Assembly (NCBI RefSeq): GCF_009914755.1
Contig: NC_060926.1
Strand: one strand, 5' to 3'
DNA from: the human T2T-CHM13v2.0 reference genome, Homo sapiens
DNA length: 64,000 nt
Shown: positions 33,585 to 45,340 of the stretch, piece after piece
Position numbering within the stretch: the stretch's first letter is position 1
Layout: each line of letters opens with the position of its first letter
Position numbers and translations under genes: made by a program
The notes under the pieces: generated by a model
Told to the model about the DNA's origin: nothing
Databases searched by the model: none
What the model saw: the letters and a program-made list of their open reading frames with translations, nothing else

Positions 33585-36454
33585 TTTTTTTTCTTCTAAG
33601 TTATTTTTAAAAAAATTCAACAGTTTTAGGGGAACAGGTGGCGTTTGCATGGAAAAGTCCTTCAGTGATGATTTCTGATATTTTGGTGTACCCATCACTG
33701 GAGCAGTGTATACTATATCCAACGTGTAGTATTTTCTCTCTCATTCCCCTCCACCCTTCCCCACCAAGTCCCCAAAGTGTATTATGTCATTCTTATGTCT
33801 CCGAGTCCCCATAGCTTAGCTCCCACTTATAAGTGAGAACATAAGATGTTTGGTTTTCCACTCCTGAGTTACTTAGAATAATGGTCTCCAACTCCATCCA
33901 GGTTGCTGAGAATGTCATTATTTCATTTCTTTTTATGGCTGAGTAGTGTTCCATGGGGTGTGTGTGTGTGTGTGTGTGTGCACACGTGTACCTCACATGT
34001 TCTTTATCCACTTGTTGGCTGATGGGCATTTTAGGCTGGTTCCATACTTTTGCAATTGCGAATTGTGCTGCTATAAATATGCATGTGCAAGTGTTTTTTT
34101 CATATAATGACTTCTTTTCTTCCGGGTTAAATACCCACTAGTGGGTTGCTGGATCAAATGTTAGTTCTATTTTAGTTCTTTAAGGAATCTCCAGTACTGT
34201 TTTCCATAGTGGTTGTACTAGTTTACATTCCCACCAGCAGTGTAAAGATGTTCCCTTTTCATCATATCTATAACAACATCTATTATTTTTTGATTTTTAA
34301 ATTATGGCCATTTTTGCAGGAATAAGGTGGCATCTCATTGTAGTTTTGATTTGCATTTCCCTGATAATTAGTGATGTTGAACATTTTTTCTTGTTTTTTG
34401 GCCACTGGTGTATCTCCTTTTGAGAAGTATCTATTCATGTCTTTGCTTACTTTTTGATGGGATTGTTTGCTTGCTTCTTGCTGATCTGTTTGAGTTCCTT
34501 GTAGATTCTGGATTAGTCCTTTATCAGATGCTTAGTTTGTGAATATTTTCTCCCACTCTGTAGGTTGTTGAGTAGCTGATCATTTCTTTTGCAGTGTAGA
34601 TGCTTTTTAGTTTAATTAGGTACCATCTATTTATCTTTGGTTTTGTTTCATTTGCTTTGGGTTCTTGGTCTTAGCCTAATCCAATGTCTAGAAGAGTTTT
34701 TCCAACGTTATCCTCTAGAATTTTTATGCTTCAGGTGTTAGATTTAAGTCCTTGAACCATCTTGAGTTAATTTTTGTATTTGGTTAGAGATGAGGAGTCA
34801 GGTTCATTCTTCTACAGGTGGCTTGCCAATGAAGTATCCCAGCACCATTTGTTGAATAGAGTGACCTTTCCCCACTTTGTTTTTGTTTGCTTTGTCAAAG
34901 ATCAGTTGGCTGTAAGTATTTGGCTTTGTTTCTGGGTTATCCATTCTGTTCCATTGGTCTATATGCATATTTTCATACGAGTACAGTGCTGTTTTGGTAA
35001 CTATTAATATAGCTTTATAGTATAGTTTGAAGTTAGGTAATATGATGCCTCCAGATTTGTTTTTTGTTTAGTCTTGCTTTGGCTATGAAGACTCTTTTTG
35101 GGTTCTGTATGAATTTTAGGATTTTTTTTCTAGTTCTGTCAAGAATGATGATCGTATTTTGGTGGGAATTGTATTAAATTTATAGACTGCTTTTGGCAAT
35201 ATGGTCATTTTCACAATATTGATTCTACCTATCCTTGAGCATGGGATGTGTTTCCATTTGTTTCTGTCATTTATGATTTCTTTCAGCCGTGTGTTGTAGT
35301 TTTCCAAGTAGAGATCATTCACCTCCTTGCTTATATTCCTAAGTATTTTATTATTATTATTATTATTTGCAGCTGTTGTAAAAAAGGTTGAGTTCTCGAC
35401 TTGATTCTCGGCTTGGTCATTGTTGTTGCATAGCAGTGCCACTGATTTGTGTACACTGAGACTTTACTGAATTCATTTACAAGACCTAGAAGCTTTTTGG
35501 ATGAGTCGTTAGGGTTTTCAAGGTATACAATCATATCAATTGGCAAATAGTGGCTGTTTGACTTCTTCTTTACCAATATGGACACCCTTTATTTTTTTCT
35601 CTTGTCTGACTGCTCTGGCTAGGACTTCCAGCATGATGCTGAATAGCATCAACATTATAGTGAAAGTGGGCATCCTTGTCTTATTCCAGTTCTCAGAGAA
35701 AATGCTTTCAACTTTTCCCTGTTCAGTATAATGTTGGCTGTGGGTCTGTCAGCGATGCCTTTTATTACCTTGAGGTATGTCCCTTATATGCCAATTTTGC
35801 TGAGGGTTTTAATCATAAAGGGATGCTGGATTTTGTCAAATACGTTTTCCTGCACGTATTGAGGTGACCATATGATTTTTGTTTTTAATTCTGTTTATGT
35901 GATATATCACATTTATTTACTTACATATGTTAATTCATCCCTGCATCCCTGGTATAAAACCCATTTGATTATGCAGTATTATCTTTTTGATATGCTGTTG
36001 GATTTGGTTATTTTGTTGAGGATTTTTGCATCTATGATCATCAGGGATATTGGTCCATAGCTTTCCCTTTTTGTTACATCTTTCCTGGTTTTGGTATTAG
36101 GGTGATACTGGCTTCCCAGAATGATTTAGGAAAGATTCCCTCTTTCTCTATCTTTTGGAATAGTTTCAGTAAGATTTGTACTAATTATTTGAATGCCTGA
36201 TAAAATTCAGCTGTGAATCCATTTGGTCTTGGACTTTTTTGGTTGGCAATTTTAAAAATTACTGTATCAGTCTTGCTACTTGTTATTTGTCTGTTCAGAG
36301 TTTCTATTTCTTCCGGATTTAATCTAGGATATTTCCAGGAATTTATCCACCTCCTCTGGGTTTTCTAGTTTGTGTGTGTAAAGGTGTTCATAGTAGCTCT
36401 GAATGATCTTTTGTGTTTCTGTGGTATCAGTTGTAACATCTCCCATTTAATTTC
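33585..36454 (-). mobile_element. L1PB (L1PB1/2-like) 3' 2.9 kb, sense to NBAS
   Basis: 3' UTR ggggaacaggtgg...cccatcactggagcagtgta; ORF2-like minus-strand ORFs ([29 protein letters not shown]); internal (TG)n at about 33958-33980. Confidence 0.93.
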
Positions 36455-36726
36455 TTTTTTTTTTTTTTTTGAGTCTCTCTCTGTCACTCACCCTGGAGTG
36501 CAGTGGCACAATCTTGGTTCACTGCAACCTCTGCCTCCCGCATTCGAGAGATTCTCCTGCCTCAGCCTCCCAAGTGGCTGAGATTGCAAAAGCCTGCCAC
36601 CACACCCAGCTAATTTTTGTATTTTTAGTTGAGACGGAGTTTCACCATGTTGGCCTGACTGGTCTCAAACTCCTGACCTCAGGTGATCTGCCCACCTCAG
36701 CCTGCCAAAGTGCTGGGATTACAGGC
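36455..36726 (-). mobile_element. AluSx/Sz-like, 5'-truncated, fused to the 5' end of the L1PB
   Basis: Dimer with T16 tract; stops at gggattacaggc; no TSD of its own. Confidence 0.93.
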
Positions 36727-37107
36727 CCAATGCTGTGCTTTCAACACAATTTATGAAGGATCTAAATGAGGCGTCTGCTGATAAATCATTAAAAATTAAT
36801 TTTTAACAAAAGTTTGCTATATGATTTTTGGTCTATAACTTATAAGAAATTCAAAGAATTAAGTGAATCTGCTATGGCAAAACTTCTCCACCCACTTATT
36901 TATGTGAACAATGTTTTTAAGTACTCATATCTATGCAAATATAAAATAGAAAACTGACATTGAACTCAATCACAATCTAACAATAGTCATCCAAGAGCAC
37001 ATAAACTAGTTAAAAACAATATTTAAATCTCTACCTCATTAAGATGTGCATTTTGAATATAATTTTATTTTTATATTTAATAGTTATTTATCAAAAAAAT
37101 AAATCAA

Positions 37108-38135
37108 TGTTGCGGGAACTCAGGGACGCCGAACGGAGGGACTGGCTGGAGCCGTGGCAGAGGAACATAAATTGTGAAGATTTCATGGACATTTATCACT
37201 TCCCTAATACTCATAATTTCTTATGCCTGTCTTACATTTAATCTCTTAATTCTGTTATCTTCGTAAGCTGAGGATGTACCTCACCTCAGATCCACTGTGA
37301 TGATTGCGTTAACTGTACAAATTGATTGTAAAATGTGTGTTTGAACAATATGAAATCAGTGCACCTTGAAAATGAACAGAATAATAGCGATTTTAGGGAA
37401 CAAGGTAAGGGAAGGGAACCATGAGGTCTGACTGCCTGTGGGGTTGGGCAAAAAGAGCCATATTTTTCTTCTTGCAGAGAGCCTATAAATGGACATGCAA
37501 GCAGGGAAGATATCCCTAAATTCTTCTCCTAGCAAGGAATATTAATATTAATACCCTGGGAAAGGAATGCATTCCTGGGGGGAGGTCTATAAACGGCCAC
37601 TCTGGGAGTGTCTGTCCTACGCGGTTGAGATAAGGACTGAAATACGCCCTGGTCTCCTGCAGTACCCTTAGGCTTACTAGGATTGGGGAACCTCGCCCTG
37701 GTAAATTTGAGGTCAGACCAGTTGTCTGCTCTCGAACCCTGTTTTCTGTTGTTTAAGATGTTTATCAAGACAATACGTGCACAGCTGAACATAGACCCTT
37801 ATCAGGAGTTTTTGATTTTGCCCTTTGCCTTGTGATCTTTATTGGCCTCAGAAGCATGTGATCTTTGTTCTCCTTTTTGCCCTTTGAAGCATGTGATCTT
37901 TGTGACCTACTCCCTGTTCATACAACCCGTCCCCTTTTGAAGTCCTTAATAAAAACCTGCTGGTTTTGCGGCTCAGATGGGCATCAAGGACCTACCGATA
38001 TGTGATGTCACCCCTAGCGGCCCAGCTGTAAAATTCCTCTCTTTGTACTCTTTCTCTTTATTTCTCAGATCAGCTAACACTTAGGGAAAATAGAAAGAAC
38101 CTATGTTGAAATATTGGGGGTGGGTTCCCCCGATA
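37108..38135 (+). mobile_element. MER11 (HERV-K11/HML-8) solo LTR, 1028 bp, antisense to NBAS
   Basis: tgttgcgggaactcagggac start, gggttcccccgata end, TATAAA near 37484 and 37588, AATAAA at 37948, 6-bp TSD aatcaa / catcaa. Confidence 0.93.
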
Positions 38136-38334
38136 CATCAATGCTGCTCTGATCAAATATATGCTGCAATAATTGAAAAAATAACTGAATATAGATTTTT
38201 TAAAAAAACCCTTGAAACCCTAGAGTCACAAGACATTTTTTAAATGTTACTTTCTATTTGATTATTTCTGATGCAGAGAAACATGATTTTAAGCACAAAG
38301 ACGTTGAATTGCATTACAATAAAATTATACGAAA

Positions 38335-39019
38335 GTGAAAACTACACAAACTCTCCACACAAAATGACTCCATCCAAACCCCTGCATTAATACGCTTGAC
38401 CAAATTTTAGCAGGGCTTCTAGCAAGGCCATGTCCCTAGAATGACTCCAGTCCCCGTCAAAATGCCAAGAAAGTTCAAAGCTGTCAGTAGAATGCATTGT
38501 TTGTTCTAGCCAACACCTGGTGATAAGCCAATAGGCTCCTCAACCCCTCTTTACAGCAGTTACTTTAGAAAGCTTGCAATTATAATCCTTTCTCTGTCCC
38601 TTTGAGATGTAAATCTTCTACCACCTAGTGTGTTTCCTGAAGGACCTGGGATCAGTCTCTTTGCAATATAAACACTCAAGGAGCCAACTCTCTGTGGGAG
38701 GGTAAGGGCCTCACTTCCATGGATGCCTTGTTCCAACTTGCACAACTACCTGCTGTCATAAAGACATGAGCAGTTTGTTTCTTCTCCAGATAAGTGCCAA
38801 TTTGCAAACCAAGATGGTTCAGTTACATGGACCAAACCTCCCTTAACGCCCCTTGTGCCTTTCCTTTCACACACCCCAGTGTTGAAAAAGTATTCTGCCT
38901 TTTTTGTTTTGGTGAAGCTGAGCTTGGTTTATGCTGGGCTCTCTTCCCTCTGCAGTAGTTAGTACTTAAGAAAATCTGTCTTTACTGCCTTTAAAAAGTA
39001 TCTGGCTTTCTCTTTGACA
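38335..39019 (+). mobile_element. ERV1 solo LTR, MER31/MER67 class
   Basis: cttgaccaaattttagcagg; cttgcaattataatcctttctctgtccctttgagatgtaaatcttct; ends tctttgaca. Confidence 0.65.
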
Positions 39020-39319
39020 AAAGACACAGTAGAAATGGTTTGAGGAAAAGGAAAGATGCAACCTTTCTGACAGCTGTAGATGTGTTCTTGTATGTTTTTA
39101 AGTGATAGCAGTAGATATCAAATCACATATGTTGTATACAAATAGAGCTATGTTACAGTTTTACTTTAAATGTGAATATTTAAAATGTGCTGGAAACTAT
39201 GCCTTCCTTTGTAATCATTTAAAATTATAAAATTTTTAGATATCAAGTGTGTGAGAGGTAATCAGGTGATTTTAATTTAGCTACATGAGTAAAAAAGGTT
39301 CAAGTTCACAGCTTTGTAG

Positions 39320-39527
39320 CACTGTTTTCCTAAAGTGTGATTTTCAGACCACCTGTATTGAAATTACCTAAGTGCAACCTCAAAAAAGCAAATTCCCTGG
39401 CTCTTATCAGGCTTACTGACTCAATCCGTGGGTTTGGGAAAGACATCGGCATTCGTGGAAAGAAACCAGTATCTTGCATGAGCATTTCCTGGTTAATTCT
39501 AATAGCAAAGAAAGTGTGCAGCTCTGG
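39320..39527 (+). mobile_element. MER5B-like MITE
   Basis: cactgttttcctaaagtgtg...cagaccacctgtattgaaattacct...gcaaattccctggctc. Confidence 0.6.
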
Positions 39528-39795
39528 AGCCTTTAAGCTTCTGAGTGACCCAACCAACTGGCCAATGGTGAGTTTAGGAGGTGAATGGAGGTGGGTCCTG
39601 GGACTTGAAACAAAGGTACAGTGAGGTGGTCACTGCAAGAGTCTGGACAGAGTGGATGGGGTTGAAGGAGACAGGCGATTTCGGTTGTAAATGACATTAT
39701 GTTAAAGGACTGAAAAACACTCCTATGCTGTCTTATGCCAGCTCCTGGAGCAGGCACTCCTCTGATGTATGTCGTCAGCTGCCAGTAAGTTGACA

Positions 39796-40088
39796 CAGTA
39801 GCTTTCAAACTTTTTTGCCCAAGACCAACAGTAAGAAACAATATTATGTATCAAAAGTCAATTATTATACATATATATACACAGACATATTTGCATATAC
39901 TGAAAGCAAACAAAAATGTCAGGAAACGATATGACCCCCTACTAAGGGGAGATACATTCTGATGTTTCCGATCCTAATCCACAGTCTAGTGGTCTGTTTT
40001 GCTTGTGTGTCTTTAATGCTGACCACAATGCTCAAACTAATTACAGGACCCACTAGTGAGTTATAACTCAGAGTTTTTAAAGCACCTG
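39796..40088 (+). mobile_element. hAT-Charlie MITE (MER119-like, tentative)
   Basis: TIR-like cagtagctttcaaact ... agtttttaaagcacctg. Confidence 0.55.
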
Positions 40089-41029
40089 TAAATCTGCTCT
40101 GATGATAACAGGATGGCTTGCAGGAGCCAGCAAACATTGGAGCCACAAAAGAGACATCAAATTATCTCAGCTATATTTAACTAACTTCATTAAAACAATA
40201 AATCACTTTATGTTTTGCTAATAGCCTAACAGTCATCTCTCTGTGTGCTGATGCCAAATGCTGTGTGTGCTTTTATGGTGTACACTCTCCTCACCAGGCT
40301 GTGGACCCCCACTTAGTCATTCTTTTCTTCTCAGTGCTTAGTATAGCACGTTAAGTGCTGTTTATAAATCGTATAGAATATGATGAAACGGTATTTTAAA
40401 TATTACGCAAATGAAAGTGAAAGTTAAGTTTTAAAATTTTTGCTTTACTAAAGCTAATAAAATATTCAAACACAAAAATAATCATACCTGTCTTGTCACA
40501 TTCATTTATACACTTAACATCACCATAATTATGCTTTTTTGCTTAATTATCAATTGCTCATATAATAAAAGTGAGTAATGCAGGGTATAGGCCACTTTAC
40601 CTTAAACTTAACCCTTTGCCTTGTACAATAACCACAGAAATAGTATTACTCTTCAGCAAAGTGTAGATGGCCCTCTCTTTTTTACTGCTCACTTTCAGCA
40701 ATGATACAAGCTAATACATTCCTAAGTTTTTCAATAGCTTGAAGGTCACCTTTATCTTCATGGAGAGGGGCATGAAAAATGTTAGAAATGAGATGAAATG
40801 TTACTGAAATCAGTAATAAATACATCTATTGTTATTGAGCACATACAGGCCTTAACAAAATTTGAAAGCATTCATTCACATTTTCCATTTAGAAATCTTC
40901 TATTACATGCTTGTAGTGGTATATACCACAAATTGTTATTATTAATATCATTGAAAGTAGGTCCACTGTATTTATAGCAAAATCAAATGTTGATATGAAA
41001 ATCTAGGTCTTATCCTAACACTTCAAACT

Positions 41030-41510
41030 ACTCAGGATCATGCAAAACCAAGAGTTAGATCATCCAGGGCAATCTCATCCCTCTCACCAGAGTGACAGGT
41101 AATCCAGGCTGGTGCTAATTAGCATCTGCCATACCAGGGGCCACAGGGTTGATTCAGGAGTGCTCTAACCAGCATAAAGCTTAGAACTTTCTGTTTGGTC
41201 TTATAGGAGGCTCTGTCACTCTATCTGGATGGATGTGAATCAGGAAGCAACATAGCCCCAGTTATTACCAGGTATCGTCCTGCAACTACTACAACAAAGT
41301 ACTTTATGGTGAAACTAACATGACAGAAAGTAGAGAAAAGAAATGGAAAGAAACTGGCTCCGTGATGAAGCCTGCTGCTTGCACAGCCAGCCCTGAAGTC
41401 AGCCCCACCTCTGGATCTTTCACTTACAAGAGCCAGTAAATTTTCTGGTAGTTAAACCAATTTTAATTGTCTTCTTACTTGTGTCTAAAAACACTCTAAA
41501 ACTAATCTAT
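41030..41510 (+). mobile_element. MLT1 (K/L-like) MaLR LTR
   Basis: cctgaagtcagccccacctctggatctttcacttacaagagccagtaaatt 3' motif. Confidence 0.65.
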
Positions 41511-42204
41511 ATGTATACAGCAGTGATTATAGTTCCTCATTATACAAAGGCAAAAACTTAACTCAGAATATAGAGTAATTTTCCCAAAGTCAAAACTGGA
41601 TAGAAACTCTGGAAGGTCTGACTATAAACCTGTCTCTTTCTACATTACCCCGCTACTATTAAAATAGCTTATGATGTGTCTAAGATCTATCAAGATTCAA
41701 TTCAATTCAACACACTGAGAGCCTACAACATTAAACAATAAAGTTTCCCAGATTTTCCTGTGTCTATGTTCATTTAAAATTGTTTTCTCTGTTCTCCTCA
41801 TGAGAATTTTTAATACCTGGTGATCAAATGGCATCAATCTTTCATAGTCTTTACTCATAGGGTGGCATAAAAAGGCCCTCATCAGATGAGGCATACTGGA
41901 CAAAAAATGGTTCTATAATGATTAAGGAACTCTGCGAGGTGATTCAGTGAATAAAATGTTAAATAGCTGGTGGAATTTCCTCAAGGCACATTCAGGAAAA
42001 TACAGTATGAAAACAAATGCAGGTAGCACACATGCCCACATTGCAGTAATGAGCCCAAATCCAGGTGTTTGCTGCTCATGCCTCAGCTTGGGCCACCATC
42101 ATCTCTCCCACATCAGGCTGCAAGAGGCTTCACAATGAAATTTCCGTGGCCCTCCACTTCTGTTCCTTTCTCCAATCATCACAAAAGTGGTGAGATATAT
42201 GTAT

Positions 42205-42448
42205 CTTTTCTTGAGACAGGGTCTCACTCTGTTGCTCAGGCTGGCATGCAGTGGCATGATTTTGGCTCACTGCAACATCCACCTCCTGGGCTCAAGAGAT
42301 CCTCCCACCTCAGCCTTTTAAATAGCTGGGACTCCAGGGTTTTCACCACGTTGGCCAGGCTGGTCTTGAACTCCTGGCCTCAAGCAATCCGCCCGCTTCA
42401 GCTTCCCAGAGTGTTGGGATTACAGATGTGAGCCACTGCACCCAGGCT
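42205..42448 (-). mobile_element. AluJ with an internal deletion removing the linker
   Basis: gggctcaagagatcctcccacctcag diagnostic; junction gctgggactccagg|gttttcaccacg at a CAGG microhomology. Confidence 0.9.
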
Positions 42449-44993
42449 AAAAGTAATCTTTCTAAAACAAAAATATGACAATGTCACTACCTGGTTGACA
42501 ACTTACGTCTAACTGATCCATTCCCAAGATGAGGTCTATCCTTTAGCCAGGTATACAAGAGTTTTCATTCCCAGGCCCCTTCCTATCTTTCTGGCCTCAT
42601 CCTATGCTCCAATTTATACCATATTATTTAAAATTAACTAAAGGTACTAGGTTATTTCATGTTTTTATTAAAACTGCTAAATATGTCTTGAATGTTCCCA
42701 TCTTTCTAATATTTCCTTCTGTAATGCTCATGACAAATACCCTCATCAGTTAAAGACTCAGCTCAAATACCTTTTATACTACGGGGCCTTTCCTGGCTAT
42801 ATCTCCAGCTCCACTGACTCTATTATTAACCATTTCTACCTTTCTGCCTCCACATCTTTAACTGAGTTATTTGTTTACCATCCCCATTTATGAAGAGATC
42901 TCCCTGGCTGTCAAGTCGACATCCTGCGATAGCTGCAATTTTACATCCTATGGGTGCCACTACTTGATGAAGCAGTAGGCACTAGCAGTGAGGAAAGGGC
43001 ATGGCTGTTTATTATAAGTTTCTTCACTGCACAGGCTAGATAGTGTATTTATGAAATAGCTATTAGGAGATAAATCTGTCTGTAAGTTTGAAAGGTACTT
43101 AAATGAGAGGAGGGAGCTTATACGATGAAGAAAGAATGGAAGAGCAAAGGGAGTCCAAGTCACTAAAGATTTACAGTTGAGTAATAAACAGCTGCAGAAC
43201 CATGAAGTTTGCCAGAAAGAGGAGAGCACTGTAGTAGGGAGGTTATTTTCAGATTCCTTTCCCTCACTGCTTTTATCGTGTTAAAATATGTTTTGGTATT
43301 TGCTGGACATAATTCTGAGATCTTTTATTTATTCCTCTGTCTTCCCCAAGATTTACACCCCCTATGAATTTAGAATCCACATGCTTTGCAGGAAGGAGAG
43401 TGTATTCCTTCCAGCTTATTAATGAGCACCAACAGCTCAGCATCCCACCAGAGTCCTCTCCAGGAGCAGAATGCATTAGCATTTATGATTGTACTGCGTA
43501 CATGGTCCTTTGGCCAATTTTCAATCTCTCCTACTAAATGATTACCTTCGCCAATGTGAAATAATTTTCCAAGCACAGAGAAGGAGTTTTCAGCTTGCCA
43601 GTCAGGCCAGTTAATCACAATCACCCCGGATGGGCTTCTGCAGCCAAATTTCTCAGGCAAGGGAGGTAGTGGAAAGCAAGAGTTTAGGAGCGCGCCCGTA
43701 TGTGAATCCTGACTTTGTCAATTCTAGCTCATAAAACACGGGAGCAGTTATCTAACTTCCTTGGGACTTAAATTCTGTGTCTGTTAAAATGGTGACAAAT
43801 TTACTTCATGGAGCTGGTGGGACAATTCAGTCATGTTACAACATCTCTTCCTCCTCTTATATAATAGCATCTGGTGGAAAGGCTGGATGTGACGAGGGAG
43901 ACGGATGAAAATGTTTTATCTGCTCCACAATTCGAGTGCAGCCTGAGTGCCTAGGACAGACTTTTGGAGGCATTAGTTCCCCTTATTATTATTATGTGGT
44001 GACACTGACATCCTTAAATCATCTTTTCTCCAGTTCATGCCACTATTCACAAGTATTCATCGGCTTCGTGTTTCCTTTCCACATCATATGCAAACTTCTT
44101 TACTTGTCTTTTGAGGGACTCTTCATAGCATATGGTCCATTTGGGCCAAATTAACTTTCCAACTTACTAAAGGTAAGACATTGTATAGGCTGATAGGCAT
44201 GCAAAATACTTATGTCTTGGCTGTGCCTACATGGCTATATCAGGCTACAATGACCCTTCTCTTTTCAGTTCCTTTAGCAGAAAAGTGTCATGCAATCTCA
44301 TGCGATCAACATCAAATTTGGAATCAGGAGACCTGTGTTTGAAAAAGGAATTGGATATCTCCTGCTTGTTGAACTTTGGCCAATCACTCTCTAGTAATCT
44401 GACCCTCAGACCAGAGATGATAATACTTGCTTAATAATCACCCTCACAAGATGTGTGTGAATATCAAATGAGCTAGGGTATAGGAAAATTATAATCCTCA
44501 AATTCAGAACTCACTATCATGCTATCTTGTATTCCTTGCTTTGTTTTTGTGAGTGAATACACTGTTTTCCTAGGTTGCAAGTCCACTAGAATGAGGGACC
44601 ATATCTCAAACTTCCTTTGGGTTCTCACTACAGGACTAGCATAGGGTTCGGTAACAACAAAGCAGCAGCAACTACAATATTAATTTTAAAAAGTAGCAAA
44701 TATGTATTTTCATACTTACTATGGCCCATGCATGGTTCAAATCACCACTACTACGAAGTTATGTAGGTAAGGAAACCTAATATTTGTACTTTATAGTACA
44801 GAACTGCCTGAATTGGAAAGGGAAGATTCTAAATGTTTTAATCAACATGGAAATCTGCATAAAGATAAAAGCAGGCACCAGGCAAGAGGAGAGCAAAAAG
44901 TGAAGAATAAACAGCAGGGTAAGTCCAAGAAAAGCCAAAGCACTGGAGAGGAGGTAGGTTTGTCCAAACCATGCAAATTCTAAGGACAGCCGA

Positions 44994-45340
44994 TAATACG
45001 GTTTGGTTCTGTGTTACCACCCAAATCTTGCCTTGAATTGTAATAACCCCCATGTGTCAAGAGCGGGACCAGGTGGAGATAACTGAATCATGGGAGTAGT
45101 TTCCCCCATGCTGCTGCTGTGATAGTGAGTGAGTTCTCACAAGATCTGATGGTTTTAGAAGGGGCTTCCCCCTTGGCTGGGCACTCATTCTCTTTCCTGC
45201 CACCCTGTGAAAAGGTGCCTTCCTCCATGATTGTAAGTTTCCTGAAGCCTCCCCAGCCATGAGTCAATTAAACCTCTTTTCTTTATAAATTACCCAGTCT
45301 CAGGTATTTCTTCATAGCAGCATGAGAACTGATGAATACA
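44994..45340 (+). mobile_element. THE1 (C/D-like) MaLR solo LTR
   Basis: ggtttggttctgtgttaccacccaaatct ... gagtcaattaaacctctttt ... aataca; TSD gccga / gcaga. Confidence 0.92.

Larger units (their letters stand above)
32547..39310 (+). mobile_element. Fragmented hAT-Charlie DNA transposon hosting several later insertions
   Basis: TIR-like cagtggtctccaaact at 32547 and a degenerate right end near 39310. Positions 36825-36965 read FWSITYKKFKELSESAMAKLL / TYLCEQCF*VLISM..NR, resembling the hAT C-terminal dimerisation motif. Confidence 0.65.
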
